A DNA stretch of 64,000 nucleotides from Gammaproteobacteria bacterium (GTDB lineage Bacteria; Pseudomonadota; Gammaproteobacteria; JABCZS01): NCBI GenBank assembly GCA_044445605.1, contig JBIOEA010000006.1, positions 1,918-65,917 on the forward strand, in the 5' to 3' direction. A program made the position numbers and the translations under genes. Within the stretch, counting starts at the first letter, position 1. Each line of letters starts with the position of its first letter. Under the pieces are notes generated by a model. It searched no databases and was not told where the DNA came from. It saw only the letters and a list, made by a program, of their open reading frames with translations. Of the stretch, positions 9,378-18,834 are shown piece after piece.

Positions 9378-10460
9378 TTAACGGAGTTTCAGCGTCGCCA
9401 AACTCAGCAACATCAAAATCACCGAAATAATCCAAAACCGAACAATCACTTTCGTTTCTGGCCATCCCTTCAATTCAAAATGATGATGTATCGGCGCCAT
9501 CTTAAACACACGTTTGCCGCGCGTCTTGAATGACCCAACCTGGATCATCACTGACAATGTTTCAATCACAAATACGCCGCCGACCAGCATCAATAACAAT
9601 TCTTGACGTACAATGATGGCCATCACACCCAACACCGCACCTAATGATAACGATCCAACATCACCCATGAATACTTCCGCCGGATAAGCATTGAACCACA
9701 AAAAACCTAAGCCCGACCCCACCAATGCCGCCGCGTAAACCGTCATCTCACCCGTCCCCACAATGAAAGGGAACCCTAAATACTCAGCAAAACTCGCATG
9801 CCCAATCACATAACCAAACACGCCTAACGTTGCCGCACATAATACGACCGGCACAATCGCCAAACCATCCAATCCGTCCGTTAAGTTCACCGCGTTCGAG
9901 CTGCCCACCAACACAAAATACACAAAGGGAATAAACGCAATCCCCATCGACCAACTGAACGACTTGAAAAAGGGTGCTAATAACGTCGTCTCCGCTGGCG
10001 TTGTCGATGTTGCGTATAACACTCCCGCAATGATCAACGCCGCGAGCGATTGCCAAGCGTACTTTTCACGGCTCAGCAACCCTTTGGGATTCTTCAAAAT
10101 CAACTTGCGGTAGTCATCAATGAATCCAATCGCACCAAATAACCACAACGTCAATAACGAAATCCATATATATCGATTGGTTAAATCGGCCCACAGTAAC
10201 GTCGATAACGTCAATGATCCCAAAATCAACAGACCACCCATCGTCGGTGTGCCCGATTTCACATGGTGGGTCGCAGGTCCATCACTGCGGATCGGTTGCC
10301 CCACCTTATAACTCTTTAATAACGCAATTAACCGTGGACCTCCCCACAACGCGAAGATCAATCCCGTCAACGCAGCCGCTAATGTCCGGAACGTTATGTA
10401 ATGCACCACCTGAAATGGGTGCCACAGGGGCTCTAAATACTGAAAAAGCCAAATTAACAT
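9378..10460 (-). CDS. mraY: Phospho-N-acetylmuramoyl-pentapeptide transferase
   Basis: [41 protein letters not shown]. Confidence 0.97.
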   Translation of the reverse strand: MLIWLFQYLEPLWHPFQVVHYITFRTLAAALTGLIFALWGGPRLIALLKSYKVGQPIRSDGPATHHVKSGTPTMGGLLILGSLTLSTLLWADLTNRYIWISLLTLWLFGAIGFIDDYRKLILKNPKGLLSREKYAWQSLAALIIAGVLYATSTTPAETTLLAPFFKSFSWSMGIAFIPFVYFVLVGSSNAVNLTDGLDGLAIVPVVLCAATLGVFGYVIGHASFAEYLGFPFIVGTGEMTVYAAALVGSGLGFLWFNAYPAEVFMGDVGSLSLGAVLGVMAIIVRQELLLMLVGGVFVIETLSVMIQVGSFKTRGKRVFKMAPIHHHFELKGWPETKVIVRFWIISVILMLLSLATLKLR

Positions 10461-10477
10461 AGAAAAATCCCTCCGCC

Positions 10478-11809
10478 TTATTCAACCGCTTTCAACGCAT
10501 CAACCACCGTTTCTAAACGATTCGATCGCGACCCTTTAATCAATACGGTCATTTGTGGATGCAATTGAGGAAGCAACGCTTCCACCAATGCCTCTTTACT
10601 CTCAAAATGACTGGCACCTGTGCCAAATGCTGCCAATGTTAACTTTGCTTTCTCGCCCACCGCAAACATCTGCTGAATCCCTAATTCACGGGCCTTCTCG
10701 CCCACCAACACATGCTGACGATCCGCTTCATTCCCCAATTCTTTCATGTCCGCAAACACCCAGACCTTCTCGCCTGGATACGTTGCCAATACCTCTAAGG
10801 CAGCCATCACGCTCACAGGGCCCGCATTGTAACAATCATCTATCAGTGTAGCCTGGTTATGTCCTGGGATAATATTCATCCGCTGCTTACTCGCCACCGT
10901 ACGCGCTATCCCCGCCTTAATGCAATTCACTGGGACACCGCCCATCAAAGCCAACGAAACCGCAGCCGCAGCATTATAAATGTTGTGCTTGCCCACGAGC
11001 GTTGTTTCTATCGGGATAGCACCTTGAGGCGTCTGAAGCACCGCCTTGCTGCCTGAACGCGATAGCACCAGATCCGTGATCACTAAATCTGCCTGAGGTG
11101 AAAAACCAAAGCTAAACTGCTCGCAATCTAACGCAGCATGCCACATAGCGTAATATTGATCATCACGAGGAAGTATCGCTACCCCACCTTCCATCACGCC
11201 CGCATAAATCGCCCCCTTTTCTTTGGCAACGTTATCAACAGAACCAAACCCTTCCGTGTGTTGCGCAGCCACCAACGTAATCAAGGCAGCATTCGGCCTT
11301 GCAATCGCTGTCAACCGTCCGATTTCGCCCCGTTGGTTTGCACCCATCTCGATCACCGCATAACGATGCTCTGGCCTTAATTCCAATAATGTCTTGGGCA
11401 CGCCAATTTCATTGTTCAAATTCGCATACGTGGACAAGGTCGGCGCATAGGTGCCGCAAATTTGCGCCACATATTCTTTCGTTGTCGTTTTGCCACAGCT
11501 GCCTGTCAAAGACATCACATAGGCATTCATCGCCATGCGATGCGCATGCGCAATGTCACCGTACGCAACCAAGGTGTCTTTGACTTCAATCTGAGGGAGC
11601 GATACAGGAATTTTGCGCGAGACAATCGCTACAGAGGCACCCTTTTCCATGGCTTGAGAGACATAATCGTGTCCGTCGAATTGTTCACCCACCAAGGCCA
11701 CAAAGGCATCTCCTTCCTTTAACGTGCGTGTATCCGTGCAAATACGAACATCATGATCAGGCTTATTGGCATTAAAACCAAACAATTCATACAAAGAAGA
11801 AAGTTTCAT
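10478..11809 (-). CDS. murF: UDP-MurNAc-tripeptide--D-Ala-D-Ala ligase
   Basis: [37 protein letters not shown]. Confidence 0.96.
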   Translation of the reverse strand: MKLSSLYELFGFNANKPDHDVRICTDTRTLKEGDAFVALVGEQFDGHDYVSQAMEKGASVAIVSRKIPVSLPQIEVKDTLVAYGDIAHAHRMAMNAYVMSLTGSCGKTTTKEYVAQICGTYAPTLSTYANLNNEIGVPKTLLELRPEHRYAVIEMGANQRGEIGRLTAIARPNAALITLVAAQHTEGFGSVDNVAKEKGAIYAGVMEGGVAILPRDDQYYAMWHAALDCEQFSFGFSPQADLVITDLVLSRSGSKAVLQTPQGAIPIETTLVGKHNIYNAAAAVSLALMGGVPVNCIKAGIARTVASKQRMNIIPGHNQATLIDDCYNAGPVSVMAALEVLATYPGEKVWVFADMKELGNEADRQHVLVGEKARELGIQQMFAVGEKAKLTLAAFGTGASHFESKEALVEALLPQLHPQMTVLIKGSRSNRLETVVDALKAVE

Positions 11810-13260
11810 CGTTGTCTCCGTTCATCTAATGCGCTGCGCGCGGTTGCCTGATCTGAGAAAGGCGTCACGACGCCCCCAATCGTTTGTGTTTTTTCATGCC
11901 CTTTGCCAGCAATCAAAACCGTATCATCCACCGCCGCTGATTGAATCACCTTCGTAATCGCTTCGGCTCTGTCCAATATCACATCAGCCGTTTTCCCGGA
12001 GGGTATGCCCGCCAAAATCATTTGCGCAATCGCCTCAGGAGAATCATTGCGTGCATTGTCTGTCGTGATCACCACGTGATCCGCATACTTGGCTGCAATC
12101 TCGCCCATTATCGGACGCTTCGTGATGTCACGTCCTCCCCCACACCCAAAGACACACCACAACTTGCCTTTAACTGTCGGACGCAATGCCAATAACGCTT
12201 TCAACAACGCATCCGGCGTGTGTGCAAAATCAACCACCACACGTGGCTCGCCCAAGAACGAAACGCATTCCAATCTGCCAGGAATGCCCGATACACGTTC
12301 TGCAATCTGAACCAATACATTTAAGGCAAAACCATCCACGCGCATCGCGCCTATCATGGCCAATAAATTCGATACATTAAAATCGCCAATCAACTGAGGA
12401 TGGAAGGGAAACGTCGTCCCACCTTCAGATACCCCATAACCCTCGCCTTGCTTCACTGCCGATATCAGTAGATCACATCGAGGATGTGTCTTTTGTTGGC
12501 AGGTGTACCCTATTACTTTTTTAGAAGAGGGAATCTTATCACATTGCGCAAAACACCAAGCATCGTCCAAATTGATCACGATGGTTTCTACCGAAGGCAT
12601 TTTGTACAATAACGCTTTTGCCTCACCATACGCTTCCATCGTTTGATGGTAATCCATGTGGTCTTGCGTTAAATTCGTGAAAATGGCCACGTGAATTTCC
12701 GTGTTGCCTAAACGTCCTTGATCCAATGCGTGTGAAGAAGCTTCCATCGCGACGGTTTCGATCCCTTGGGCAAACATCTCAGCCAAGTTCCGCTGCAAAC
12801 TCACGGGATCCGGCGTTGTGAGGGGATTGTCCACGTAATGATCTAACGTGCCAATGCCCAACGTGCCAATCATCGCCACAGGAACATCTAATGCGCGATA
12901 CATTTGGTTTATCCCAAACACTATCGATGATTTGCCATTCGTCCCTGTCGCCGCAATCACGTGGAGATGCCGGCTGGGATGATTGTAAAAGGCTTCTGCT
13001 AATTCGGGCGTTTTTTGGGCCAAGTGTTGTACTCGAAACACCGGGATCGTGATAAGTGATAACACCGCTTCCTGTTCGGGCGTTAAACCTTCAGGATCAA
13101 TCACCAATGCTTTTGCACCGCGTGCCACGACGTCTAAGATAAAATCACGTCCATCACGCGCTTCACCCCGGTAAGCAATGAATGCATCACCAACAGAGAC
13201 CCGTCCACTGTGTTGGCATAAGCCGGTGATGCCGGCAGCGTGTAGTTGTGATGTGAGCAT
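11806..13260 (-). CDS. murE: UDP-MurNAc-dipeptide--meso-DAP ligase
   Basis: TGTNGKS, MEASSH, FTNLTQDHMDYH, VDFAHTPD, DNAR, AGKGHE. Confidence 0.96.
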   Translation of the reverse strand: MLTSQLHAAGITGLCQHSGRVSVGDAFIAYRGEARDGRDFILDVVARGAKALVIDPEGLTPEQEAVLSLITIPVFRVQHLAQKTPELAEAFYNHPSRHLHVIAATGTNGKSSIVFGINQMYRALDVPVAMIGTLGIGTLDHYVDNPLTTPDPVSLQRNLAEMFAQGIETVAMEASSHALDQGRLGNTEIHVAIFTNLTQDHMDYHQTMEAYGEAKALLYKMPSVETIVINLDDAWCFAQCDKIPSSKKVIGYTCQQKTHPRCDLLISAVKQGEGYGVSEGGTTFPFHPQLIGDFNVSNLLAMIGAMRVDGFALNVLVQIAERVSGIPGRLECVSFLGEPRVVVDFAHTPDALLKALLALRPTVKGKLWCVFGCGGGRDITKRPIMGEIAAKYADHVVITTDNARNDSPEAIAQMILAGIPSGKTADVILDRAEAITKVIQSAAVDDTVLIAGKGHEKTQTIGGVVTPFSDQATARSALDERRQR

Positions 13261-13283
13261 GAAGAAGGCACCTGTTTTAGCCG

Positions 13284-14981
13284 TTATGAGCCCTTAATAT
13301 ACGCATTTTCATCATCTAATGGAATATCCCGCAGACGCAATGCATCACTCATGATTTTTCCAAACACAGGCGCGGAAACCGCACCCCCGTAATACTGTCC
13401 TGCCGCAGGATCATCGATCACCACGACGCAGACTAATCGTGGCGTGGTAGCAGGCGCAAATCCAACGAACGTCGCTAAATGGTGATCCGCTAAATAGCCG
13501 TTCGGCCCAAGTTTACGCACCGTCCCCGTCTTCCCCCCCACCAAATATCCTTTCACACGTGCTGTATCGCCTGACCCACCATCCTTCGGGTAAATGATCA
13601 ACATATCACGTAATGTTTTAATCTCATCTGCGGCCATCACTTGTTCAGGCTTCGGTATATCATCCCGCTTTAATAACGTGAAAGGCACATACTTTCCATC
13701 ATTGGCCAAAATGGCATAGGACTTCGCCAACTGCACCGCCGTCGTCGATACCCCATAGCCAAAGGCTAACGTCGCATACATGAAGGGATCCATCTTACGG
13801 CTCGCTTCTAAATAACCACTGCGCTCACCCGGAAACTCTAAATACGTCGATTGTCCAAACCCTAAACTTTTATAAATATCCAGCAGCTTTTCCTGAGGTT
13901 CTGGCAAGATGATCTTCGCAATCCCCACGTTACTTGACTTGCGTAACACATCCGTCAGCGAAATACGCCCATAATTGTGGATGTCGCGCACCACCCGGCC
14001 ACTCACATTCATGTACCCTGGCGAAGTCTCAATCATATTGTCTGGATTCTCTTTCCCTGAACGCAATGTCGTGAGCACCGCAAATGGCTTGGCTGTCGAA
14101 CCCGGCTCGAACACGTCCGTCACCGCACGATTCCGCATATGATCTGGAATGAATTTTTCACGGTTGTTTGGGTTGTATGAGGGCTGGTTCACCATCGCCA
14201 GTATTTCGCCTGTTTTTACATCCACAATCACGACACTGCCGCCCACCGCTTGCGTCTCTTTCACCGCAGCTTTTAATTCACGGTGGGCAATGTATTGAAG
14301 ACGATTATCAATCGATAATGCCAAGGGTTTGCCTTGCTCCGTCGTTTTTAACAGCGCTAAATCTTGAACGATTTGCCCACGACGATCTTTCAACACTTCC
14401 ATTTTGCCATCATGACCACGTAGATGATGATCAAATGCCAACTCTAATCCCTCTACGCCATGGCCATCGACGTTCACTAAGCCCACAATGTGTGCCGCCG
14501 CTTCGCCCATCGGATAATAACGACGGTATTCGCGCTGCGCATTGATCCCTGGAACCGCTAAGGCCAACACTTGCTCAGCTTCTTGTGGACTCAGCTGACG
14601 CTTCAAATACAGAAATTCTTTGCCCTTAGCCTGCGCAAGCTTCGTGGCCAGCTCTTTCACCGGAATGTCTAGCACGGCGGCCAATTGTGCGATTTGCTGG
14701 GAGGTGGCTTGTTCGACCACATGAGGATTGGCCCAAATAGAATCGACCGGCGTACTGACGGCCAACGGTTCACCTAAGCGATCGGTGATAATCCCGCGTA
14801 AAGCAGTCAGCGAGACCGTACGCACGCTGCGCATGTCACCCTGATCTTGTAGGAAGTCTTGTTCGATCAGCTGCAAGTACAGCATGCGCCCCAGCACACC
14901 CATACTCAACACACCTAACATGATCAAGACAAAAAGAAGACGCCAGAAGCGAAAGCCTGACGTGCTTATTGTTCCACCCAC
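13284..14981 (-). CDS. ftsI: Peptidoglycan transpeptidase FtsI (PBP3)
   Basis: RGIITDR, EPGSTAK (SxxK), SSN, KTGT; GTG start approximate. Confidence 0.96.
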   Translation of the reverse strand: MGGTISTSGFRFWRLLFVLIMLGVLSMGVLGRMLYLQLIEQDFLQDQGDMRSVRTVSLTALRGIITDRLGEPLAVSTPVDSIWANPHVVEQATSQQIAQLAAVLDIPVKELATKLAQAKGKEFLYLKRQLSPQEAEQVLALAVPGINAQREYRRYYPMGEAAAHIVGLVNVDGHGVEGLELAFDHHLRGHDGKMEVLKDRRGQIVQDLALLKTTEQGKPLALSIDNRLQYIAHRELKAAVKETQAVGGSVVIVDVKTGEILAMVNQPSYNPNNREKFIPDHMRNRAVTDVFEPGSTAKPFAVLTTLRSGKENPDNMIETSPGYMNVSGRVVRDIHNYGRISLTDVLRKSSNVGIAKIILPEPQEKLLDIYKSLGFGQSTYLEFPGERSGYLEASRKMDPFMYATLAFGYGVSTTAVQLAKSYAILANDGKYVPFTLLKRDDIPKPEQVMAADEIKTLRDMLIIYPKDGGSGDTARVKGYLVGGKTGTVRKLGPNGYLADHHLATFVGFAPATTPRLVCVVVIDDPAAGQYYGGAVSAPVFGKIMSDALRLRDIPLDDENAYIKGS

Positions 14982-15277
14982 ACAACCTCACTCCGTTCTG
15001 GTGGCCGCATGCCCAGCTTTTTCTGAGCAATCGAGTCAACGCGCCCTTCGGCACTGAGCGTTCCTCGTTCTAAAAGAAGTTGCGTCCATTCAATGTTCAT
15101 TTCGTCCCTTAAGGCCTGTAACTGATGCCATTCATTAAACATCTCGCGCGTTGAGTGCCTAACATATACAATCCCTAAACTGCTTAATACCATCGTGCAC
15201 AGCAAGGCACCCAGCACTGTACGCAGTTGCCAGCTGTATTGTTGCGCCTGTTTATCACTCGCTGCTTTTCTTAACAT
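14966..15277 (-). CDS. ftsL: Cell division protein FtsL
   Basis: TM plus coiled coil, EWTQLLLE..L..RV..IA..LGM; between rsmH and ftsI. Confidence 0.92.
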   Translation of the reverse strand: MLRKAASDKQAQQYSWQLRTVLGALLCTMVLSSLGIVYVRHSTREMFNEWHQLQALRDEMNIEWTQLLLERGTLSAEGRVDSIAQKKLGMRPPERSEVVWVEQ

Positions 15278-16206
15278 TTTTCCGCCACCCGCAAAATGGC
15301 ACTACGCGAACGTGCGTTCAGTGACACCTCTGCTTCTGTTGCTTTCATTTTCCCCAATAATTTAAGGATCCCTTTCGGCCTGTCCCCACGGTAAGGGATA
15401 ATGCCTTTAGGTTCCTCACCCATCGATGCGGCCTTCAACGTTTGTTTGACCAAACGATCTTCCAAGGAATGAAAGCTTAACACCACCAAACGCCCTCCTG
15501 ATTTTAGCGCGTTTATGGCTGCTGTGAGTGCTATTTTTACATCTTCCAGTTCTTGATTGACCACCATGCGGACTGCTTGGAATGTTCTTGTCGCAAAATG
15601 CTTGTTTTTTTCTTTGAAGGGGATCGCTTTTTCGATCACATCGACCAATTGATGCGTGGTTGTGATCGGTGTTGTTGATCTTACCTCAACAATTTTACGG
15701 GCGATGCGGCCGGCAAAACGTTCTTCACCGTACACTTTTAAGGCGTGAGCAATGTCTGCTTCGTCAGTGTGGCTTATCCAATCGGCGGCAGTGAACCCTT
15801 TGCTGGTATCCATGCGCATGTCGAGCGGGCCGTTTCTCATGAAACTGAACCCTCTTTCAGGGTTATCCAGTTGAGGCGAAGAAACACCTAAATCAAATAA
15901 AATACCGTCGACCAGTCCAAACCCATGCTCTTGCAATGCTTCTTGAATGTCTTTGAACGAGCCATGATAAACCTCAATGGGCAATCCGCTTTCTTTCATG
16001 GCACTGGCGCTGGCGATGGCTTCTGGGTCTTTGTCGATGACAAGCAAACGGCCGCTCGACAACATGCCCGCGATCACGCGCGCATGCCCGCCGCGTCCAA
16101 ACGTCGCGTCGACATAATCACCCTCAGGCGTAATGTTCAAGGCCTCGATTGCCTCGTTGAGCATCACACTTGCGTGTGGCGTTGTTACAGTTTCAAGCCT
16201 TGCCAT
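15271..16206 (-). CDS. rsmH: 16S rRNA m4C1402 methyltransferase
   Basis: VDATFGRGGH, DLGVSSPQLD, PLDMRMD, SFHSLEDR, RSRSA. Confidence 0.97.
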   Translation of the reverse strand: MARLETVTTPHASVMLNEAIEALNITPEGDYVDATFGRGGHARVIAGMLSSGRLLVIDKDPEAIASASAMKESGLPIEVYHGSFKDIQEALQEHGFGLVDGILFDLGVSSPQLDNPERGFSFMRNGPLDMRMDTSKGFTAADWISHTDEADIAHALKVYGEERFAGRIARKIVEVRSTTPITTTHQLVDVIEKAIPFKEKNKHFATRTFQAVRMVVNQELEDVKIALTAAINALKSGGRLVVLSFHSLEDRLVKQTLKAASMGEEPKGIIPYRGDRPKGILKLLGKMKATEAEVSLNARSRSAILRVAEKC

Positions 16207-16625
16207 ACTTCACCTTGTGCCGTCTTTTCTAACGATTTGAAATGCTGGCCTTCTGCTTTCCAGGCCATCTCATCCCATAATTCAAATTTTTGCCCTAATC
16301 CTACCCAGATCACTTCTTTTTGTAATCGCGCATGGTCACATAAAACACGGGGAATAAGCAAGCGTCCTTGTGCATCTAGCACCACAGACGTCGCGTTCCC
16401 AACCAGCCAACGCTGTAACGCACGCACATCTTTATCGACATTGGGTAAATCCAATAAGGCTTTCTCTATTACCTCCCAAACGGCCAGGGGGTAACCTAAT
16501 AAACAGGGCTCATGGATGTCCAACGTGATGATCCATTCGCTGCAGGGAACTTCGGCGCGTACCTTAGCTGGGACGAGTAAACGCCCTTTCGTATCCAAAG
16601 TGACTGTATGTGCGCCTCTTAACAT
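16185..16625 (-). CDS. mraZ: Transcriptional regulator MraZ
   Basis: Two DxxGR motifs (LDTKGR, LDAQGR); ATG 16625. Confidence 0.94.
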   Translation of the reverse strand: MLRGAHTVTLDTKGRLLVPAKVRAEVPCSEWIITLDIHEPCLLGYPLAVWEVIEKALLDLPNVDKDVRALQRWLVGNATSVVLDAQGRLLIPRVLCDHARLQKEVIWVGLGQKFELWDEMAWKAEGQHFKSLEKTAQGEVWQGLKL

Positions 16626-16633
16626 CCAACCCC

Positions 16634-16696
16634 CCACTTTTTACCACTTTTTACCACTGGTTCTCTAAGATTGGTTGGTAAACTGACGATTGTCAA
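16634..16696 (-). promoter_or_regulatory. dcw promoter with three MraZ-binding GTGG boxes
   Basis: Minus strand TTGACA-17bp-CAATCT, then GTGG-TAAAAA-GTGG-TAAAAA-GTGG (10-bp period), matching known MraZ repeats. Confidence 0.8.
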
Positions 16697-16714
16697 GGGC
16701 GGTTGTATGTTTTT

Positions 16715-18451
16715 TTAGGGGTGCACCGACCCCTTTGTAATTAACAAATCCCCCAACACGAGGAACTGCAAATCGCAACCCAAGAACATATTCAATGCAT
16801 CGCGGGGGCTACATACCATGGGTTCGCCACGACGGTTCAATGATGTATTCAGCAACACGGGGTGGCCACGACGTGTTTCCACGGCTTTCAATAAGGCGTA
16901 GTAACGTGGATTGGCTTCGGGGTCAACAATTTGTGCACGAGCCGTCCCATCTTCATGAACCACTTCCGGCACACGGGTTTTCCACTTTTCAGCCACTTTA
17001 AAAGCGAATGTCATGTAGGGTGAAGGATGATCCGTCTGCAACATGTCTTGTGCAATCTCTGGTGCAATACTCGGACAAAATGGCCGCCAACGTTCGCGGA
17101 ATTTAATTTGCAAATTGATCAGTTCGGCAATCTTACGATGACTTGGGTCACCTAAAATACTGCGATTCCCCAATGCACGTGGGCCAAACTCCATGCGTCC
17201 TTGGAACCATGCTACGGGATTGCCTTCTGCCAAAATATCCGCTGTTTTAGCAACGATATCATCACAGCGCGTCACGTTGATCTTATCTTTGAATGGTTCG
17301 CAGGCAGCGAGACATTCTTCCGTTGTGTATTGCGGGCCTAAATACACGTGCTTTAAGGGGGAAATCTTCTCGCCCATCTCATGTGCCACATAGGTCGCAG
17401 CACCGACAGCCGTACCCGCATCGCCTGCAGCCGGTTGCACGAATAATGTTTTCACGTGCGGCAACGCAAGAATACGTTGATTCAATTTCACGTTGAGTGC
17501 TACACCGCCGGCAAAACAGATGCGTCCTGTTTCACGAATCACATCACCCAAATACCGCTCGATCAAGGCAAGTGATGTTTCTTCTAATAATTGCTGAATA
17601 CTCGCCGCATAATGAATATAAGGCTCATCAATCTCATCGCCATGACGTTTAGGTCCTAACCATTCAATCAGTTTTTTACTGAAATAATAAGCTTCACCGT
17701 TTTCTTTGTAGCGACGAATACCGACGGTATTTGCCAAGGCTGTATTCACTTCAAATCCATCATCCGTCAGCTTCAACAGTCTCGATAAATCGTAACGCTT
17801 CGGATCACCATAAGGCGCCATGCCCATCACTTTGAATTCACCATCCAACATTTCGAAACCGAGAAATTGCGTCATCGCGCCATACAATCCGCCGAGCGAA
17901 TCCGGATCATAGAATTCTTTAATTTTCGTGATCTTGCCGTTTTCGCCAATGCCAAAAAATGTCGTGGCAAATTCGCCCTTTCCGTCAAAACCAATGATCG
18001 CTGTTTTTTCTTCGAAACCACTGAGATGATAAGCCGAACTCGCGTGTGCCAAATGATGCTCAACCGGTTGAATGCGCGTGCGGGTCATGTCGAACCCAAG
18101 TTCTGTTAAGAGTGCTTCGACTTGTGCGCGATAACGACGGTGACGACGATTGCCGTTGAATAATACGTCCAATGCGCGATCCGGTGCGTACCAATAACGC
18201 TTGGCATAATGCCAACGGCCTTTATACGTGAAGGGGAACGGGGCATGAGGGATCGCAACAATATCAATGTCTTTCGGTGTGAGGCCGGCCTCTTTAAGGC
18301 AGAATAACGTCGCTTCACGTGCCATGTTGCCTTTGGCATGTTTGTCGCGGATAAAACGTTCTTCTTCTGCACATGCCAGTAACTTGCCATTCACCACTAT
18401 CGCCGCCGACGCATCGTGCCCTAGCGCGCCGGATAAACCTAAAATATTCAT
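16715..18451 (-). CDS. Carbamoyltransferase (NodU/CmcH/TobZ family)
   Basis: HDASAA, EEERF, VEHHLAHA, AGGVALN, GRMEFGPRALGNRSIL, LNTSLN. Confidence 0.93.
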   Translation of the reverse strand: MNILGLSGALGHDASAAIVVNGKLLACAEEERFIRDKHAKGNMAREATLFCLKEAGLTPKDIDIVAIPHAPFPFTYKGRWHYAKRYWYAPDRALDVLFNGNRRHRRYRAQVEALLTELGFDMTRTRIQPVEHHLAHASSAYHLSGFEEKTAIIGFDGKGEFATTFFGIGENGKITKIKEFYDPDSLGGLYGAMTQFLGFEMLDGEFKVMGMAPYGDPKRYDLSRLLKLTDDGFEVNTALANTVGIRRYKENGEAYYFSKKLIEWLGPKRHGDEIDEPYIHYAASIQQLLEETSLALIERYLGDVIRETGRICFAGGVALNVKLNQRILALPHVKTLFVQPAAGDAGTAVGAATYVAHEMGEKISPLKHVYLGPQYTTEECLAACEPFKDKINVTRCDDIVAKTADILAEGNPVAWFQGRMEFGPRALGNRSILGDPSHRKIAELINLQIKFRERWRPFCPSIAPEIAQDMLQTDHPSPYMTFAFKVAEKWKTRVPEVVHEDGTARAQIVDPEANPRYYALLKAVETRRGHPVLLNTSLNRRGEPMVCSPRDALNMFLGCDLQFLVLGDLLITKGSVHP

Positions 18452-18509
18452 TCAACTCTCCAAAATTGGCTGCCTTTTGCGAACAGCACATAATACCGTA
18501 TTTTTGGCT

Positions 18510-18538
18510 TTGACAATGGACCCGTATGGCTTTATCAT
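18510..18538 (+). promoter_or_regulatory. Sigma70 promoter for darP-rlmKL
   Basis: TTGACA-17bp-TATCAT. Confidence 0.7.
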
Positions 18539-18544
18539 GCCCCC

Positions 18545-18832
18545 ATGAACAACGACGACTTTGACTTACCCGAAAAGCCCAGTAAAACGCAGCGCAAGCG
18601 CGATATGGAGGCCCTTCAAGCACTTGGCGAAGCGCTATTGTCGTTCGCCCCGGCTAAACTCAAGGGTCTCAACCTCCCCCCCGAATTCATGGCGGCCCTC
18701 GTCGAAGCCCGTCGTATCCCCGCTCGCAAAGCCGGACGCCGTCATAATCAATATATCGGGCGCCTCATGCGCGAGTTGGACGAAGAAACCCTCGCAGCCA
18801 TTAAACACTATCTATCCCTTCGAGGCCGCTAA
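18545..18832 (+). CDS. darP: Ribosome maturation factor DarP/YjgA (short form)
   Basis: SKTQRKRDMEALQALGEAL and RRHNQYIGRLMR match the DUF615 N-terminal half; only 95 aa. Confidence 0.85.
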   Translation: MNNDDFDLPEKPSKTQRKRDMEALQALGEALLSFAPAKLKGLNLPPEFMAALVEARRIPARKAGRRHNQYIGRLMRELDEETLAAIKHYLSLRGR

Positions 18833-18834
18833 CC

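Noticed and set aside
9292-9465. 58-aa N-terminal extension of the murD ORF
   Set aside because: Overlaps mraY and the palindromic spacer; MurD homology begins at 9291
16716-16736. AGGGGT-N6-ACCCCT hairpin at the carbamoyltransferase stop
   Set aside because: Lacks the GTAG tag and GCG core; only a 6-bp stem
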